NCBI GenBank assembly: GCA_963813135.1 | Contig: CAWEXY010000011.1 | Coordinates: 128,001 to 192,000, forward strand | Reading direction: 5' to 3' | DNA from: an uncultured Verrucomicrobiae bacterium | GTDB taxonomy: Bacteria > Chlamydiota > Chlamydiia > Chlamydiales > Rhabdochlamydiaceae | DNA: 64,000 nt | Shown here: positions 9,554 to 18,706 of the stretch, piece by piece | Numbering within the stretch: the stretch's first letter is position 1 | Layout of the letters: every line of letters begins with the position of its first letter | The notes under the pieces: model-generated | Seen by the model: the letters and a program-made list of their open reading frames with translations, nothing else | The model's database searches: none | What the model was told of the DNA's origin: nothing | Made by a program: the position numbers and the translations under genes

Positions 9554-12145
9554 CTAGATCTTTTTGCCTTTCTCCCACTTCGTCTCGGTGCAAACACCTT
9601 TTTCGTCATAGGATTTTTTCACACCTTGGAGTTGGTCGTCCACAAAGACTTGAAGCACTTGGGGCTTGCCATCATCGTAAAACTTATTCAATTTCCCGTT
9701 GCGAAGGCCCTCTTTGTACTCGCCCTCAAAAACGAGGACGCCTTTGTCATTCCAGTTTTGGCTAAGGCCATGGAGCTTGCCGTGCACATAGACCGCCTTG
9801 CTGGCGAGCTGGCCATTGGAATGATAGGTCTTCTCTTCACCGTGCCGTTCATCGGCGGCGTAGTAAGTTTCTAAAAGGACCTTGCCATCGGGAAAATACT
9901 CAAAGGCAGGGCCTTCTTTTTTGCCGTTTTTGAACAGGATCTTCATCACGATCTGCCCCTTGGGATTAAAAAGAGTGGCCTCCCCATCTTTTTCCCCATT
10001 CACATAAGGCGTCATGGCAAGTTTGTTCCCCGCCTCATCATACTCCGTAGCGATGCCTTCGGGCTTGTCTTTAACATAATTGGCCTCGACAGCCTTGACC
10101 TTGCCGAAGACCTCATGGAGCGGATAGTAAATTTCGTGGAGGCCTTGTTTGTGGTTATTTTCATAGTGGAAAACAAATTCGCGGCCATCAGGAAGCTTTT
10201 GAAAAAACCGCCCGTGCATTTTATCATCTTCATACCAGGCTTCTTCTGTTAAGTTGCCTTGCGGATCCCATGCGCCTTTCATGCCATGGAGCTTGCCATT
10301 TTTGTAAGCGACGATCATTTGTGTTGTGCCATCAGGATAAAATCTTTTCTCTTCCCCATGGAACTTACCCTCATCATTGAAACGGCGGTATCTGGAGATT
10401 TTTTGCTCTTTTTCACCCTCTTGCAAGCGATAATATTCTTTATGCTCCCCGATAGGCGTTCCTTCACGGTATGTTTGCTCTAAAGCGATCGTTCCATCTT
10501 CATAGAAGCTCTGAACAGGCCCGTCAATTTTGTCATTTTTGTAGTTAGCGCGGGATTTGAGGGTGCCATTCGCATAATAGGCTTCTTCTTTGCCCTCTTT
10601 TTTTCCTTTGACAAAGTTCGATTCTTGGCGAAGTTTATCTTTTTCGAACCAAAAACGGACTTTCCCGTTGATGACGCCGTCCTCGTAGGGCACTTCAGCG
10701 ATCAGATCGCCTTTTTCATTCCATTCTTTATGGACCCCGACTTTCTGAGCTTGGTCATATTTTTCTTGGATTTTCTGACGGCCATTCTCAAACCATCCCT
10801 TACGCTCCCCATCATTCTTGTCGGCAACGTAATGCTCGCTGACTTTGGGTTTTCCATTCTCATACCACTCTTCTGCTGGGCCCTCGCGAAGGCCCTTAAC
10901 AAGCGTGATGCGGATCGCAGGCTTCCCATCTTCATACCATTCTTCATAGGTTCCATCTTTGATGTGGTCTTTGAAAAAGGCATGTATGTGCAGCTGTCCT
11001 GAGGCGTAAAATTCTTTTTGCTCCCCTTCGAACTCCCCTTTATCGTAATGGAAATCGACTTTAGGTTTACCATCGTCATACCACTGTTGGAATGAGCCTT
11101 GCAGCTTGCCATCTACAATGGAATAACGAGCGATCTTTTGACCCGTCGCACTGAACTCCTCGATGGGGCTTTGCAATAATCCTTTATCATCGTAGAGCGC
11201 TAGGAAGCTAAGTTTTCCATTATCATGATGGCGCCAGTGCTTGCCGATCGGAGTCCCTGCTCGATATTCCCCTTCGCCCAGCAGTTGTCCAGTTTCAGAG
11301 AAAAATTGCTCTTTCCCGTCTTTTTTACCTTTTTTATAGGCGACCTTGAAGGCCTCTTTGCCATTTTTGTGGTAAACGAGATGGGTTCCGATCTGCTCGC
11401 CCTGCTGAAAATCTTGGACTTCTTGAATACCGTGGTCCTCATTGTAAACGACGACAGCAGGATGTTTCCCTTGAGAGTGGAGCAGTCCATTCTCAAAATG
11501 GCGCGCTATTTTCAGCGAACCGTTTTCATACCACTCAAAAGAGTCTCCATCGGGAACGCCGGCGGCATAATGAATGAGCGATGCGCGCGTGCCTTTGGGG
11601 AAATAACGGATATGATCCCCCACAGGCTTATCATCTTCAAAGGCTCCTTCCTCGGCTTTGACGCCATCGGCAAAATAGAACACCGAAGCGCCCGTCTTTT
11701 TTCCGGCGTTGCAATGAAACTGGGCTTTCAGTTGGTTCGAAGGATAAAAAAGTTTGACTTCGCCATGGGCCAGGCCGCGGCTGTATTGGGCCATGCGCTC
11801 CAATTTGCCATCTTCATAAAGGGCGACAAAAACTCCATGGGGAACGTAGCGGCTCTTCCATTCGCGGCTCGCAGCTTCTTCTTCGCTCACCTCGATCACA
11901 TCGGCTTCCACCTTGACTTGGCCATTGGGATAAAAAGCGATGAGTTTAAGCGGAATCTCAGCGCCCGTGTCGTCGACATCATAGAAAAGCACTTGAGAAG
12001 CCTGGCCTGAGGGATACAGCTCCAGCTCTTTGTAACGCCACTGCGGCTCGCGGGCTTTGAGGGCTGAGGCGACAGGAACGACCGGTTCGGCAGCAATACA
12101 AATAGAGGCCGCCAAAAAGATAAAGAAAAATTTTAAAATTTGCAT
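9554..12145 (-). CDS. Exported MORN-variant repeat protein (YwqK-like repeats)
   Basis: Signal peptide followed by many YxxGxxxGxxxxWYENG-type repeats over 863 aa. Confidence 0.8.
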   Translation of the reverse strand: MQILKFFFIFLAASICIAAEPVVPVASALKAREPQWRYKELELYPSGQASQVLFYDVDDTGAEIPLKLIAFYPNGQVKVEADVIEVSEEEAASREWKSRYVPHGVFVALYEDGKLERMAQYSRGLAHGEVKLFYPSNQLKAQFHCNAGKKTGASVFYFADGVKAEEGAFEDDKPVGDHIRYFPKGTRASLIHYAAGVPDGDSFEWYENGSLKIARHFENGLLHSQGKHPAVVVYNEDHGIQEVQDFQQGEQIGTHLVYHKNGKEAFKVAYKKGKKDGKEQFFSETGQLLGEGEYRAGTPIGKHWRHHDNGKLSFLALYDDKGLLQSPIEEFSATGQKIARYSIVDGKLQGSFQQWYDDGKPKVDFHYDKGEFEGEQKEFYASGQLHIHAFFKDHIKDGTYEEWYEDGKPAIRITLVKGLREGPAEEWYENGKPKVSEHYVADKNDGERKGWFENGRQKIQEKYDQAQKVGVHKEWNEKGDLIAEVPYEDGVINGKVRFWFEKDKLRQESNFVKGKKEGKEEAYYANGTLKSRANYKNDKIDGPVQSFYEDGTIALEQTYREGTPIGEHKEYYRLQEGEKEQKISRYRRFNDEGKFHGEEKRFYPDGTTQMIVAYKNGKLHGMKGAWDPQGNLTEEAWYEDDKMHGRFFQKLPDGREFVFHYENNHKQGLHEIYYPLHEVFGKVKAVEANYVKDKPEGIATEYDEAGNKLAMTPYVNGEKDGEATLFNPKGQIVMKILFKNGKKEGPAFEYFPDGKVLLETYYAADERHGEEKTYHSNGQLASKAVYVHGKLHGLSQNWNDKGVLVFEGEYKEGLRNGKLNKFYDDGKPQVLQVFVDDQLQGVKKSYDEKGVCTETKWEKGKKI

Positions 12146-12178
12146 GGTAAAACCCGCCTTTTTAATGTGGTTTTAGCT

Positions 12179-12211
12179 TATCGAAGAATTCGTGTAAATG
12201 CCAATAGAAAA
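12179..12211 (-). promoter_or_regulatory. Probable sigma66 promoter region of the 863-aa repeat gene; duplicated at 12824-12856
   Basis: Minus strand TTGGCA-N18-TAAGCT upstream of 12145; the 33-bp segment recurs at 12824-12856 with 4 mismatches. Confidence 0.55.
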
Positions 12212-12331
12212 AAGCGCCCTAATGATCAATAGTGGACGAGCATGAAAAATCACAAAATCTACGCATCGCCTATTGCAGAATTTAATCGAAGGAGATTATG
12301 ATCATCAGCTAGTTATTACCACGGATGCTAT

Positions 12332-12532
12332 ATGATCGATTTCCCTTTGAAATTTCTTAAATGGTATGGCCTAATTCTTTTAGGCGTCCTCAAGTGGAGA
12401 ACTTTATTTTTTATTTGCAAAAACTGGAAAGATTACTTCGATTATCTTTCAGTTAAAAAAACACTTGTATATTCAGCAGCAATTGGCGTATTGATTCTAA
12501 TTGCTTATGGATTAGTAGAAATAACCAAATAA
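12332..12532 (+). CDS. Small AT-rich membrane protein
   Basis: 66 aa, two hydrophobic segments, followed by a terminator-like hairpin. Confidence 0.5.
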   Translation: MIDFPLKFLKWYGLILLGVLKWRTLFFICKNWKDYFDYLSVKKTLVYSAAIGVLILIAYGLVEITK

Positions 12533-12535
12533 AAA

Positions 12536-12680
12536 AGCGCCTAGGCGACCTGAGCGCTTCATTAGAAAAAAAATTACATGAAAAAGGCAATCCAGCACAG
12601 AACAAGGCCCCAAACGAGTGGGATAATTCCCATTCCTTTGAAGAATCCTTTATGCCCCATAGTGAGTTCGATCAGCATTT
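12536..12680. repeat. Direct repeat copy 1: terminator plus 3' end of the gene at 13986..14363
   Basis: Matches 13949-14092 with 3 substitutions and a 1-nt difference in an A run. Confidence 0.9.
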
Positions 12681-12980
12681 TTTGTAAAGATTGCTGCTTG
12701 ATCTTTTGCCGATCGAAACGATGTTCGGCCTCGCTAACTTATCTCAAGTTTGACCTCGGCCTTTACATCTACTCGATCAATAAAATTCATCGCATAAATT
12801 TTTTGCCTCTCACCTGAGACTGATATGGAAAAATTCGTGTAAATACCAACAGAAAACTTAAGTTCGTAACCCCCCATTTGATAGGTAAATTTTAGCGGCA
12901 ATTTTTATAAGTAAAGGAAAATTTGCACTAAATCAAGGTGTTAAAATATACTTCATCCCATAAATCTCAAGCTTTAAGGA

Positions 12981-13922
12981 GTGTTTATGGATCCTTCCCA
13001 ACCAATTTCCACTAATCCAATGGTACCTTCTAATTCTACACAAACTTCTAACCCTGCTTCACAAACCCCTCCGCAAAGTACGCCTTCGATACCAATTAAC
13101 AATAATAGCACCATTCAAAATGCTCCTCCTCCCAACACCGTTGTCATCGACGCAAATCTTTTTATGCAATTGATGGCCGCACAACAACAGCTTGTCGCTC
13201 AACAATTAAATGCATCACACCCATCCGTAAGTTCTCAACAAACGCTGACATTCCCAAATGGAGATCGCTATGAAGGAGAAGTGAAGGAGGGTAAGCCCCA
13301 TGGTAAAGGCGTTTTGACATACGCGGCTAATGATAAAGGTAAACGCCTGAAATATACAGGAGAACTCGCTAATGGCCTGCCCCATGGCCAGGGTCATATG
13401 ACATGGATTAATGGAGATGTGTATCAAGGAGAATTTAAGGACAATGCTCTTCATGGTAAGGGTGAAACGAAATATGCTCCTAGTACTCTACATAACTGGC
13501 AGCGATATAATGGAGAATATGTTAATAATGAACCGAACGGTGAAGGGCATTTAACGAGGACAAATGGTGAAGTAGATCATGGACAATTCAAAAATGGTAG
13601 ACTTGATGGCAAAGGAAGCCGGAATTTTCCTAATGGAGAAAGTTATGAAGGGATGTTTCAAGAAGGAAGTTATTGTGGCCAGGGCATATACCGTGGAAAT
13701 GGATTTACTTATTCGGGTAATTTTATGAACGGCAAGCTGAATGGCCAAGGAACTAGGACTGACGGAGTTACAAAAGACGAAGGCATCTATAAAAATGGTC
13801 GACTCTCGGACGGGTTTTTTTACCGCAATTGGATTTCAGAACCCGGCATAAGACAACGCTATGCAAATGGAAAAGAATGCCAAGCAAATGGACAAGCATA
13901 CCTAGAGTGCAACGTAATATAG
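12981..13922 (+). CDS. MORN-repeat protein with low-complexity N-terminus and C-terminal CaaX-like motif (candidate effector)
   Basis: S/P/T/N/Q-rich first ~85 aa; repeated YEGEVKEGKPHGKG-type MORN units; ends CNVI*. Confidence 0.8.
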   Translation: MFMDPSQPISTNPMVPSNSTQTSNPASQTPPQSTPSIPINNNSTIQNAPPPNTVVIDANLFMQLMAAQQQLVAQQLNASHPSVSSQQTLTFPNGDRYEGEVKEGKPHGKGVLTYAANDKGKRLKYTGELANGLPHGQGHMTWINGDVYQGEFKDNALHGKGETKYAPSTLHNWQRYNGEYVNNEPNGEGHLTRTNGEVDHGQFKNGRLDGKGSRNFPNGESYEGMFQEGSYCGQGIYRGNGFTYSGNFMNGKLNGQGTRTDGVTKDEGIYKNGRLSDGFFYRNWISEPGIRQRYANGKECQANGQAYLECNVI

Positions 13923-13948
13923 AGACTGTTTTACAAAAAATATATAAG

Positions 13949-14092
13949 AGCGCCCAGGCGACCTGAGCGCTTCATTAGAAAAAAATTACATGAAAAAGGC
14001 AACCCAGCACAGAACAAGGCCCCAAACGAGCGGGATAATTCCCATTCCTTTGAAGAATCCTTTATGCCCCATAGTGAGTTCGATCAGCATTT
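13949..14092. repeat. Direct repeat copy 2 (intact 3' end of membrane protein gene and terminator hairpin)
   Basis: AGCGCCCAGG-CGA-CCTGAGCGCT hairpin followed by the coding 3' end; matches 12536-12680. Confidence 0.9.
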
Positions 14093-14363
14093 GCGGTACG
14101 AAAAGTCCCATGATACCGCGAATGAGAAAGACCCATCCGAGCAGTGTCACGAGAACATAGACGTCCGAAGTCCAAAGATCGTATTGGCTTAAAATGGTAA
14201 GACCGATCAAAAGATTCGCTACAGCTCCAAAATAAAATGAAGCGGGCGCATTTTTAAGGGCATTCCATACTTTGGTCATGTTCTCTGAATAGAGAAGCAT
14301 CCAAAGACCCATGATTGTTAAAAATGGGCCGAAGATACTTGCTAGCCACATTGCGTTTTGCAT
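13986..14363 (-). CDS. Four-TM hypothetical membrane protein
   Basis: 125 aa, four hydrophobic helices, strong RBS AAGGAGG upstream. Confidence 0.8.
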   Translation of the reverse strand: MQNAMWLASIFGPFLTIMGLWMLLYSENMTKVWNALKNAPASFYFGAVANLLIGLTILSQYDLWTSDVYVLVTLLGWVFLIRGIMGLFVPQMLIELTMGHKGFFKGMGIIPLVWGLVLCWVAFFM

Positions 14364-14384
14364 CCTTTCCTCCTTAAGGTTTAA

Positions 14385-14463
14385 TAGCTGCCCCTGGTTT
14401 AGTCATTTACTGACGGTTAATCTGCTGTGCCGCCGGAGTAAATCCCTAAACCAGGAACAACTA
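14385..14463 (-). promoter_or_regulatory. Candidate structured 5' leader RNA (long hairpin)
   Basis: 18-bp outer stem fully paired on the minus strand using three G-U pairs, then an ATTTACT/AGTAAAT inner stem; ends about 20 nt before the ATG at 14363. Confidence 0.5.
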
Positions 14464-14566
14464 AGTAGATCATTACTACATAAATCGCACCATAAAGATT
14501 AAAGAAATTTTTTGTCAACCTTGCATATTCGCGCCCTATGCCGTATGAAGCATTTTGGAGGTATTT

Positions 14567-14764
14567 ATGAGAATAATGCTCGCAGCACTGTGTATGCTCA
14601 GCTTTATAGGCCTCGATGAGAAATGTCCCTGCAAAAAGAAAAAAAAGAAGAAACCTAAGCTATTGAGTTTTGACGTAGCGGCCCATCAGCTCTGCCGTGG
14701 CAATGACGTGCCCTTGCATCGCTTTTTCGACCTCTACTTTGGTAGCACCCATCTTCAGTCTTAA
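14567..14764 (+). CDS. Small protein: hydrophobic N-terminus, CPC, poly-Lys; 3' end uncertain
   Basis: TTGCAT-N17-TATGAA promoter-like site at 14521, GGAGG RBS, MRIMLAALCMLSFIGLDEKCPCKKKKKKKPK; runs antisense into the next gene. Confidence 0.4.
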   Translation: MRIMLAALCMLSFIGLDEKCPCKKKKKKKPKLLSFDVAAHQLCRGNDVPLHRFFDLYFGSTHLQS

Positions 14765-15121
14765 GGTAGTATCGAGAGCATACAGTTTGAAAAAGTAACG
14801 ATGCTCACGGTCCGGAGGGCAAGGGCCTTGGTAAACAGCCGTGCCGGAGGTATTGTTGCCCACTGTTCCAGGAGGTTTAAAGTTTTCTTTTATTTCCTTC
14901 GTGCTCGGCGGCATATCAAAAACGACCCAGTGGACCCACATCCGGTCCGCACGGACGAAAGTAGGGACATCGGGATCATCCATGATAAGAACGAGGGATT
15001 TCGCTTCTTTGGGAACATTAGATATCCTCAGCGGGGGGTTGATGTTATCTCCCTCGCATGTATAGAGAATAGGAATGCTTCCGCCTTCTTTAAATTGGGG
15101 GCTCTGGATTTCCATCTTCAC
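14660..15121 (-). CDS. YbhB/YbcL family (PEBP/Raf kinase inhibitor-like) protein
   Basis: DDPD, WVHWVVF and GPCPP..HRYFFKLYALD motifs. Confidence 0.9.
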   Translation of the reverse strand: MKMEIQSPQFKEGGSIPILYTCEGDNINPPLRISNVPKEAKSLVLIMDDPDVPTFVRADRMWVHWVVFDMPPSTKEIKENFKPPGTVGNNTSGTAVYQGPCPPDREHRYFFKLYALDTTLRLKMGATKVEVEKAMQGHVIATAELMGRYVKTQ

Positions 15122-15623
15122 CTCTGGTGTGGAGTTTGATATTAAACGGACGGGTGCAATTGATGCTGTATTTACGATCCTGGCCGGAAAAAAAAAGGCA
15201 CTCCGAAGGAGTGATCACCCCATTAGGATTTATGGTCAGCTGCGACATTAACTGATTTTTGAACCACGCGATATCAACATGGTTGAGGTTACGAGGGCGC
15301 TTCGACCAATTCTCTAAAATCATTTCATCTGTCAGAAATTTCGCTTCCCAATGGCCGCTATCTTTAGAAAAATTGACTTTGATCTCGGTGTGGAGCGCGA
15401 GAGCGCAGAGCTGGGCCACTTCCAAATCATGATAGAACCCTGCAACTTCTTCCTCAAAGTTATGAAGGTCGAGAAGATCTTTGGCTTTCCACCCCAAGAA
15501 TCCCGCCGCCGTCACGAGGATCAGGAGGGCGAGCATGATCTCGAGAAGAGTGAAGGGCCTGCGGAAGTTAGGACGATGCTGTTTTAACATTTTGTTGTGC
15601 AGGAACTGCTCGTGTCTCATCAT
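15090..15623 (-). CDS. Type II secretion minor pseudopilin-like protein
   Basis: Prepilin motif RRPFTLLEIMLALLIL; downstream of the major pseudopilin. Confidence 0.7.
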   Translation of the reverse strand: MMRHEQFLHNKMLKQHRPNFRRPFTLLEIMLALLILVTAAGFLGWKAKDLLDLHNFEEEVAGFYHDLEVAQLCALALHTEIKVNFSKDSGHWEAKFLTDEMILENWSKRPRNLNHVDIAWFKNQLMSQLTINPNGVITPSECLFFSGQDRKYSINCTRPFNIKLHTRGEDGNPEPPI

Positions 15624-15972
15624 GTTTTTGCAATCTTTTAGAAGTTACATTGAATTTCGAATCAGTCTCATTCCAATCAACGTCCATTTTTTCACCCCAC
15701 CCATCCTTTAGCACCTCCGTATTATTTTTGAAGAAGCCTGATGCATTTAAAATGCCTTCCGCTTTAAGAGCTATATCTTTACCGCTTTCTTTGCGTATGT
15801 TCATCTCAAGCTCTAATATCTCGGCGATCTTTTCTTGCATCTGCTGGGTTTTAAAGGCTCGGCCGCGGTCGAGGCTGCCTTTCATATTATAGCCGACGAC
15901 ACCGCCGATTAGGCCGATGAGGAAGATCACAATCATGATCTCGAGAAGGGTGATAGACTGTCTTTTTTTCAT
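15568..15972 (-). CDS. gspG: Type II secretion major pseudopilin
   Basis: KRQSITLLEIMIVIFLIGLIGG prepilin leader; position after gspF. Confidence 0.75.
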   Translation of the reverse strand: MKKRQSITLLEIMIVIFLIGLIGGVVGYNMKGSLDRGRAFKTQQMQEKIAEILELEMNIRKESGKDIALKAEGILNASGFFKNNTEVLKDGWGEKMDVDWNETDSKFNVTSKRLQKHDETRAVPAQQNVKTASS

Positions 15973-15980
15973 AACATCTC

Positions 15981-17163
15981 CTAAGGATTGATAAACGAAC
16001 TTACGTCCGTCAAAGGAATCAAAATCGATAATAACACAAGTCCGACTATCAGTCCGAGCACTAAGAGCAACAGAGGTTGAAGCAAAGAGACGATCTGCTG
16101 AAGGTCGCGCTCGAGCTCTTCTTCATAAATAGCCGCGACGCTTCCCATCATGGAGGGCATTTCGCCGGTTTGCTCAGCGATGGCCGCCATGCGGCTGACG
16201 AGGGGAGGAATAAGGGCTTCGTCTTTAAAACAGGCGCTTAAATGTTTCCCTTGCGCGACATCGGTCTCGGCGCGCTCAATGGCGGAAGAGAGAAGGGCGT
16301 TATTCATGGCAGCCCGGGAAAGGGCGAGGGATTCGACGATGGGGACGCCGCCTGTTAGGAGCGCGGAAAAGGCTTGGCAAAACCGGGCAAGGGCGGACCT
16401 TTGGAGTATGCTCCTGATGGGGGGCAGCCGAAAGGCTAGTTTTTGAAGGAAAAGACGGCCCTGAGGGGACCGCAGGGCAAAGAAGGCGGCGGCGGCGAGG
16501 GCGCCTAGTGTGGAGAAAAAAAGGAGGCTATGGGCGCGCAGGAACCGGCTGATCGCGAGGACGGATGCCGTGATGGGGTGGAGCTCTCTTCCTGAAAAGA
16601 GTTCTTCCATGGAGGGGACGACGAAAAAAAAAGAGCGTTCCTAGGACAAAACAGCAAAATAGCAAGAGAAAAGCAGGGTAGGATAAGGCGCTGACCAACT
16701 GTTTACGGACTTTTTGCCGATGGGCAATGAGGGTGGTGAGTTTTTCGAAGATGGCGGGAAGATTGCCTGTTTTTTCAGCGGTTTTGACAAGGGAAATGTA
16801 GATCGCATCAAATGTTGCGGGATACTTTTTAAGAGCCACTGATAAAGCTTTTCCCGATTTGAGATGGTCGCATAGGTCAAGGAAAAGGCTGTGGCAGCGA
16901 TGGGTGCGATATTTTTCCTCGATCGTCACAAGGCTTTCATAGAGAGGAAGGCCTGCTTTAAGAAGCTGGGTGAGTTCCCGTGTGAAAGAAAGGAGCTGTT
17001 CAGAGGTGAGATGCCGCGGTTTTTCTTTTTCAGCGTCTAATGAAATGACAACGACTTGTTCCTTGCGAAGGCGCTCTTTTGCCACTGCGAACGAGTCGGC
17101 TTCGATGACCCCTTTGACCTGTTTTCCCCCTTCGGCCAATGCTCTATAGCGATAGAGGGGCAT
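15981..17163 (-). CDS. gspF: Type II secretion inner membrane platform protein, frameshift at homopolymer about 16624-16632
   Basis: MPLYRYRAL, FTRELTQLLKAGLPL, AEKTGNL, AEQTGEM; ORFs 16528..17163 and 15981..16610. Confidence 0.9.
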
Positions 17164-17164
17164 G

Positions 17165-18706
17165 CTAGATCTCCTCTATCGCGCTCGTGACGCGCACAAC
17201 TTCTGCGGTCGTGGTCTTTCCGGCATAAACAAGCTGGGCTCCAGCAGTGCGCAGCGACATCATGCCCGTGCCCTGCGTGGCCATGCGTATCGCTCCGGCA
17301 TCAGGACTTGTAATGATCTGCCGCCGAATGGCCGTTGTCATGGGCATGAGCTCATAAATACCGCACCTGCCTTTATAGCCGGAGCCGAGGCAAGCGTCGC
17401 ATCCCACCCCATGAGCAAAGGGACCGTCGCCTAGATAGGGCAGTTCGGCCCGTTCGATCTCGCTGGGGATATATTCTTTTTTGCATGCTGAGCAGATGGT
17501 CCGCACGAGACGCTGGGCGAGGACCCCGATCACGGAGGAGGACAGGAGATAAGGTTCTATGCCCATATCGATCAGGCGTGTAATAGCAGAAGGCGCGTCA
17601 TTGGTGTGGAGCGTGCTGAGAACGAGGTGTCCTGTGAGGGAAGCTTGGATGGCGATTTCTGCCGTCTCGCGGTCGCGGATTTCTCCGATCATGATGACAT
17701 CGGGATCTTGGCGAAGGATATGACGCAGGCCCGTGGCAAAATCGAGCCCGATTTTCGATTGGACGCCCATCTGCGCCATTTTGGGAAGCTTGTATTCGAC
17801 GGGATCTTCGATGGTCATGATGTTGATCTCGTCGCTGCTCAGTTCCATGAGCGCGCTGTAAAGGGTGGTCGTTTTTCCGCTGCCGGTAGGCCCGGTGACC
17901 AGAATGATCCCTTCGCTCATCTTGAGCAGTTTTTCGAGGCCTTCCAGCACCGGGGAGGGCATGCCCAGCTTGGGAAGGCCGAGAAGGATGTTGCTTTTGT
18001 CCAAGATCCGCATGACGACGCGCTCTCCAAAAACGACAGGGATCGTGCTCACGCGAAAATCGATATGGCGCATGCCGAGCTTGAGTTTGATGCGTCCATC
18101 TTGGGGCAGCCGCTGCTCAGCGATATCGAGGGCCGCCATCACTTTAATACGGGCGATGAGCTGAGTTTGAAGATCTTTAGGCGGAGCATGCCGCGTTTGG
18201 AGAACGCCGTCGATGCGGTAGCGGACGACGAGGCCTCCCTCCTGCGGTTCAAAATGGATATCGGAAGCCCCTTGCTGGATCGCTTCCGTCAAAATCGAAT
18301 TGAGAAGCCGGACGGACGTCGCGTCCGATGTCTGCTCGAGCAGATCGTATTCGGCGCCTTCATCCGCTTCGTTTTCTCGATCGCCGGCCAGGGCCGCGAT
18401 CAGCTGCGTGGTCGCTTGTTCTTGCTGATGAAAGCATCGCTCGATGGCTTCTTCGAGAGCGTTTAAGGGAGCGCAGATTTCTTTTGTCTTTTGTCCTGTA
18501 AAGCACCGGACTTCTTCGATCGCTTCGAGATCGAGGGGATCTGCAACAGCGACGATGAGGCGCCCCCCTTCTTCTCCAATAGGCAGCAAGCGCCTGTGCT
18601 TGGCCATGGCATAGGGGATTTTTTGCACTTTGTTCTGCACGAAAGGGTATTCGAGCAGAGAAGAGATGTAAGGAAGACCAAATTGACTGGCTATTTCCTG
18701 GCTCAT
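17165..18706 (-). CDS. gspE: Type II secretion ATPase
   Basis: ASDIHFEP, GPTGSGKTTTLY, LRQDPDVIMIGEIRD, STLHTN and Cys Zn motif. Confidence 0.95.
   Translation of the reverse strand: MSQEIASQFGLPYISSLLEYPFVQNKVQKIPYAMAKHRRLLPIGEEGGRLIVAVADPLDLEAIEEVRCFTGQKTKEICAPLNALEEAIERCFHQQEQATTQLIAALAGDRENEADEGAEYDLLEQTSDATSVRLLNSILTEAIQQGASDIHFEPQEGGLVVRYRIDGVLQTRHAPPKDLQTQLIARIKVMAALDIAEQRLPQDGRIKLKLGMRHIDFRVSTIPVVFGERVVMRILDKSNILLGLPKLGMPSPVLEGLEKLLKMSEGIILVTGPTGSGKTTTLYSALMELSSDEINIMTIEDPVEYKLPKMAQMGVQSKIGLDFATGLRHILRQDPDVIMIGEIRDRETAEIAIQASLTGHLVLSTLHTNDAPSAITRLIDMGIEPYLLSSSVIGVLAQRLVRTICSACKKEYIPSEIERAELPYLGDGPFAHGVGCDACLGSGYKGRCGIYELMPMTTAIRRQIITSPDAGAIRMATQGTGMMSLRTAGAQLVYAGKTTTAEVVRVTSAIEEI

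Noticed and set aside
9554..12145. YwqK antitoxin of a toxin-antitoxin system
   Set aside because: The label reflects MORN-variant repeats only; the protein is large, has a signal peptide and has no adjacent toxin.
12578..12817. 79-aa plus-strand ORF
   Set aside because: Antisense to the duplicated 3' end of the membrane protein gene and a broken fragment.
12179..14092. CRISPR array or integron cassette array
   Set aside because: Only two copies of each repeat, which derive from flanking core gene sequence; no cas or integrase gene, no attC-type structure.
7401..18466. Long antisense ORFs such as 7401..8276, 11225..12010 and 17606..18466
   Set aside because: Shadow frames of well-supported genes (nagZ, repeat protein, gspE) with no motifs of their own.
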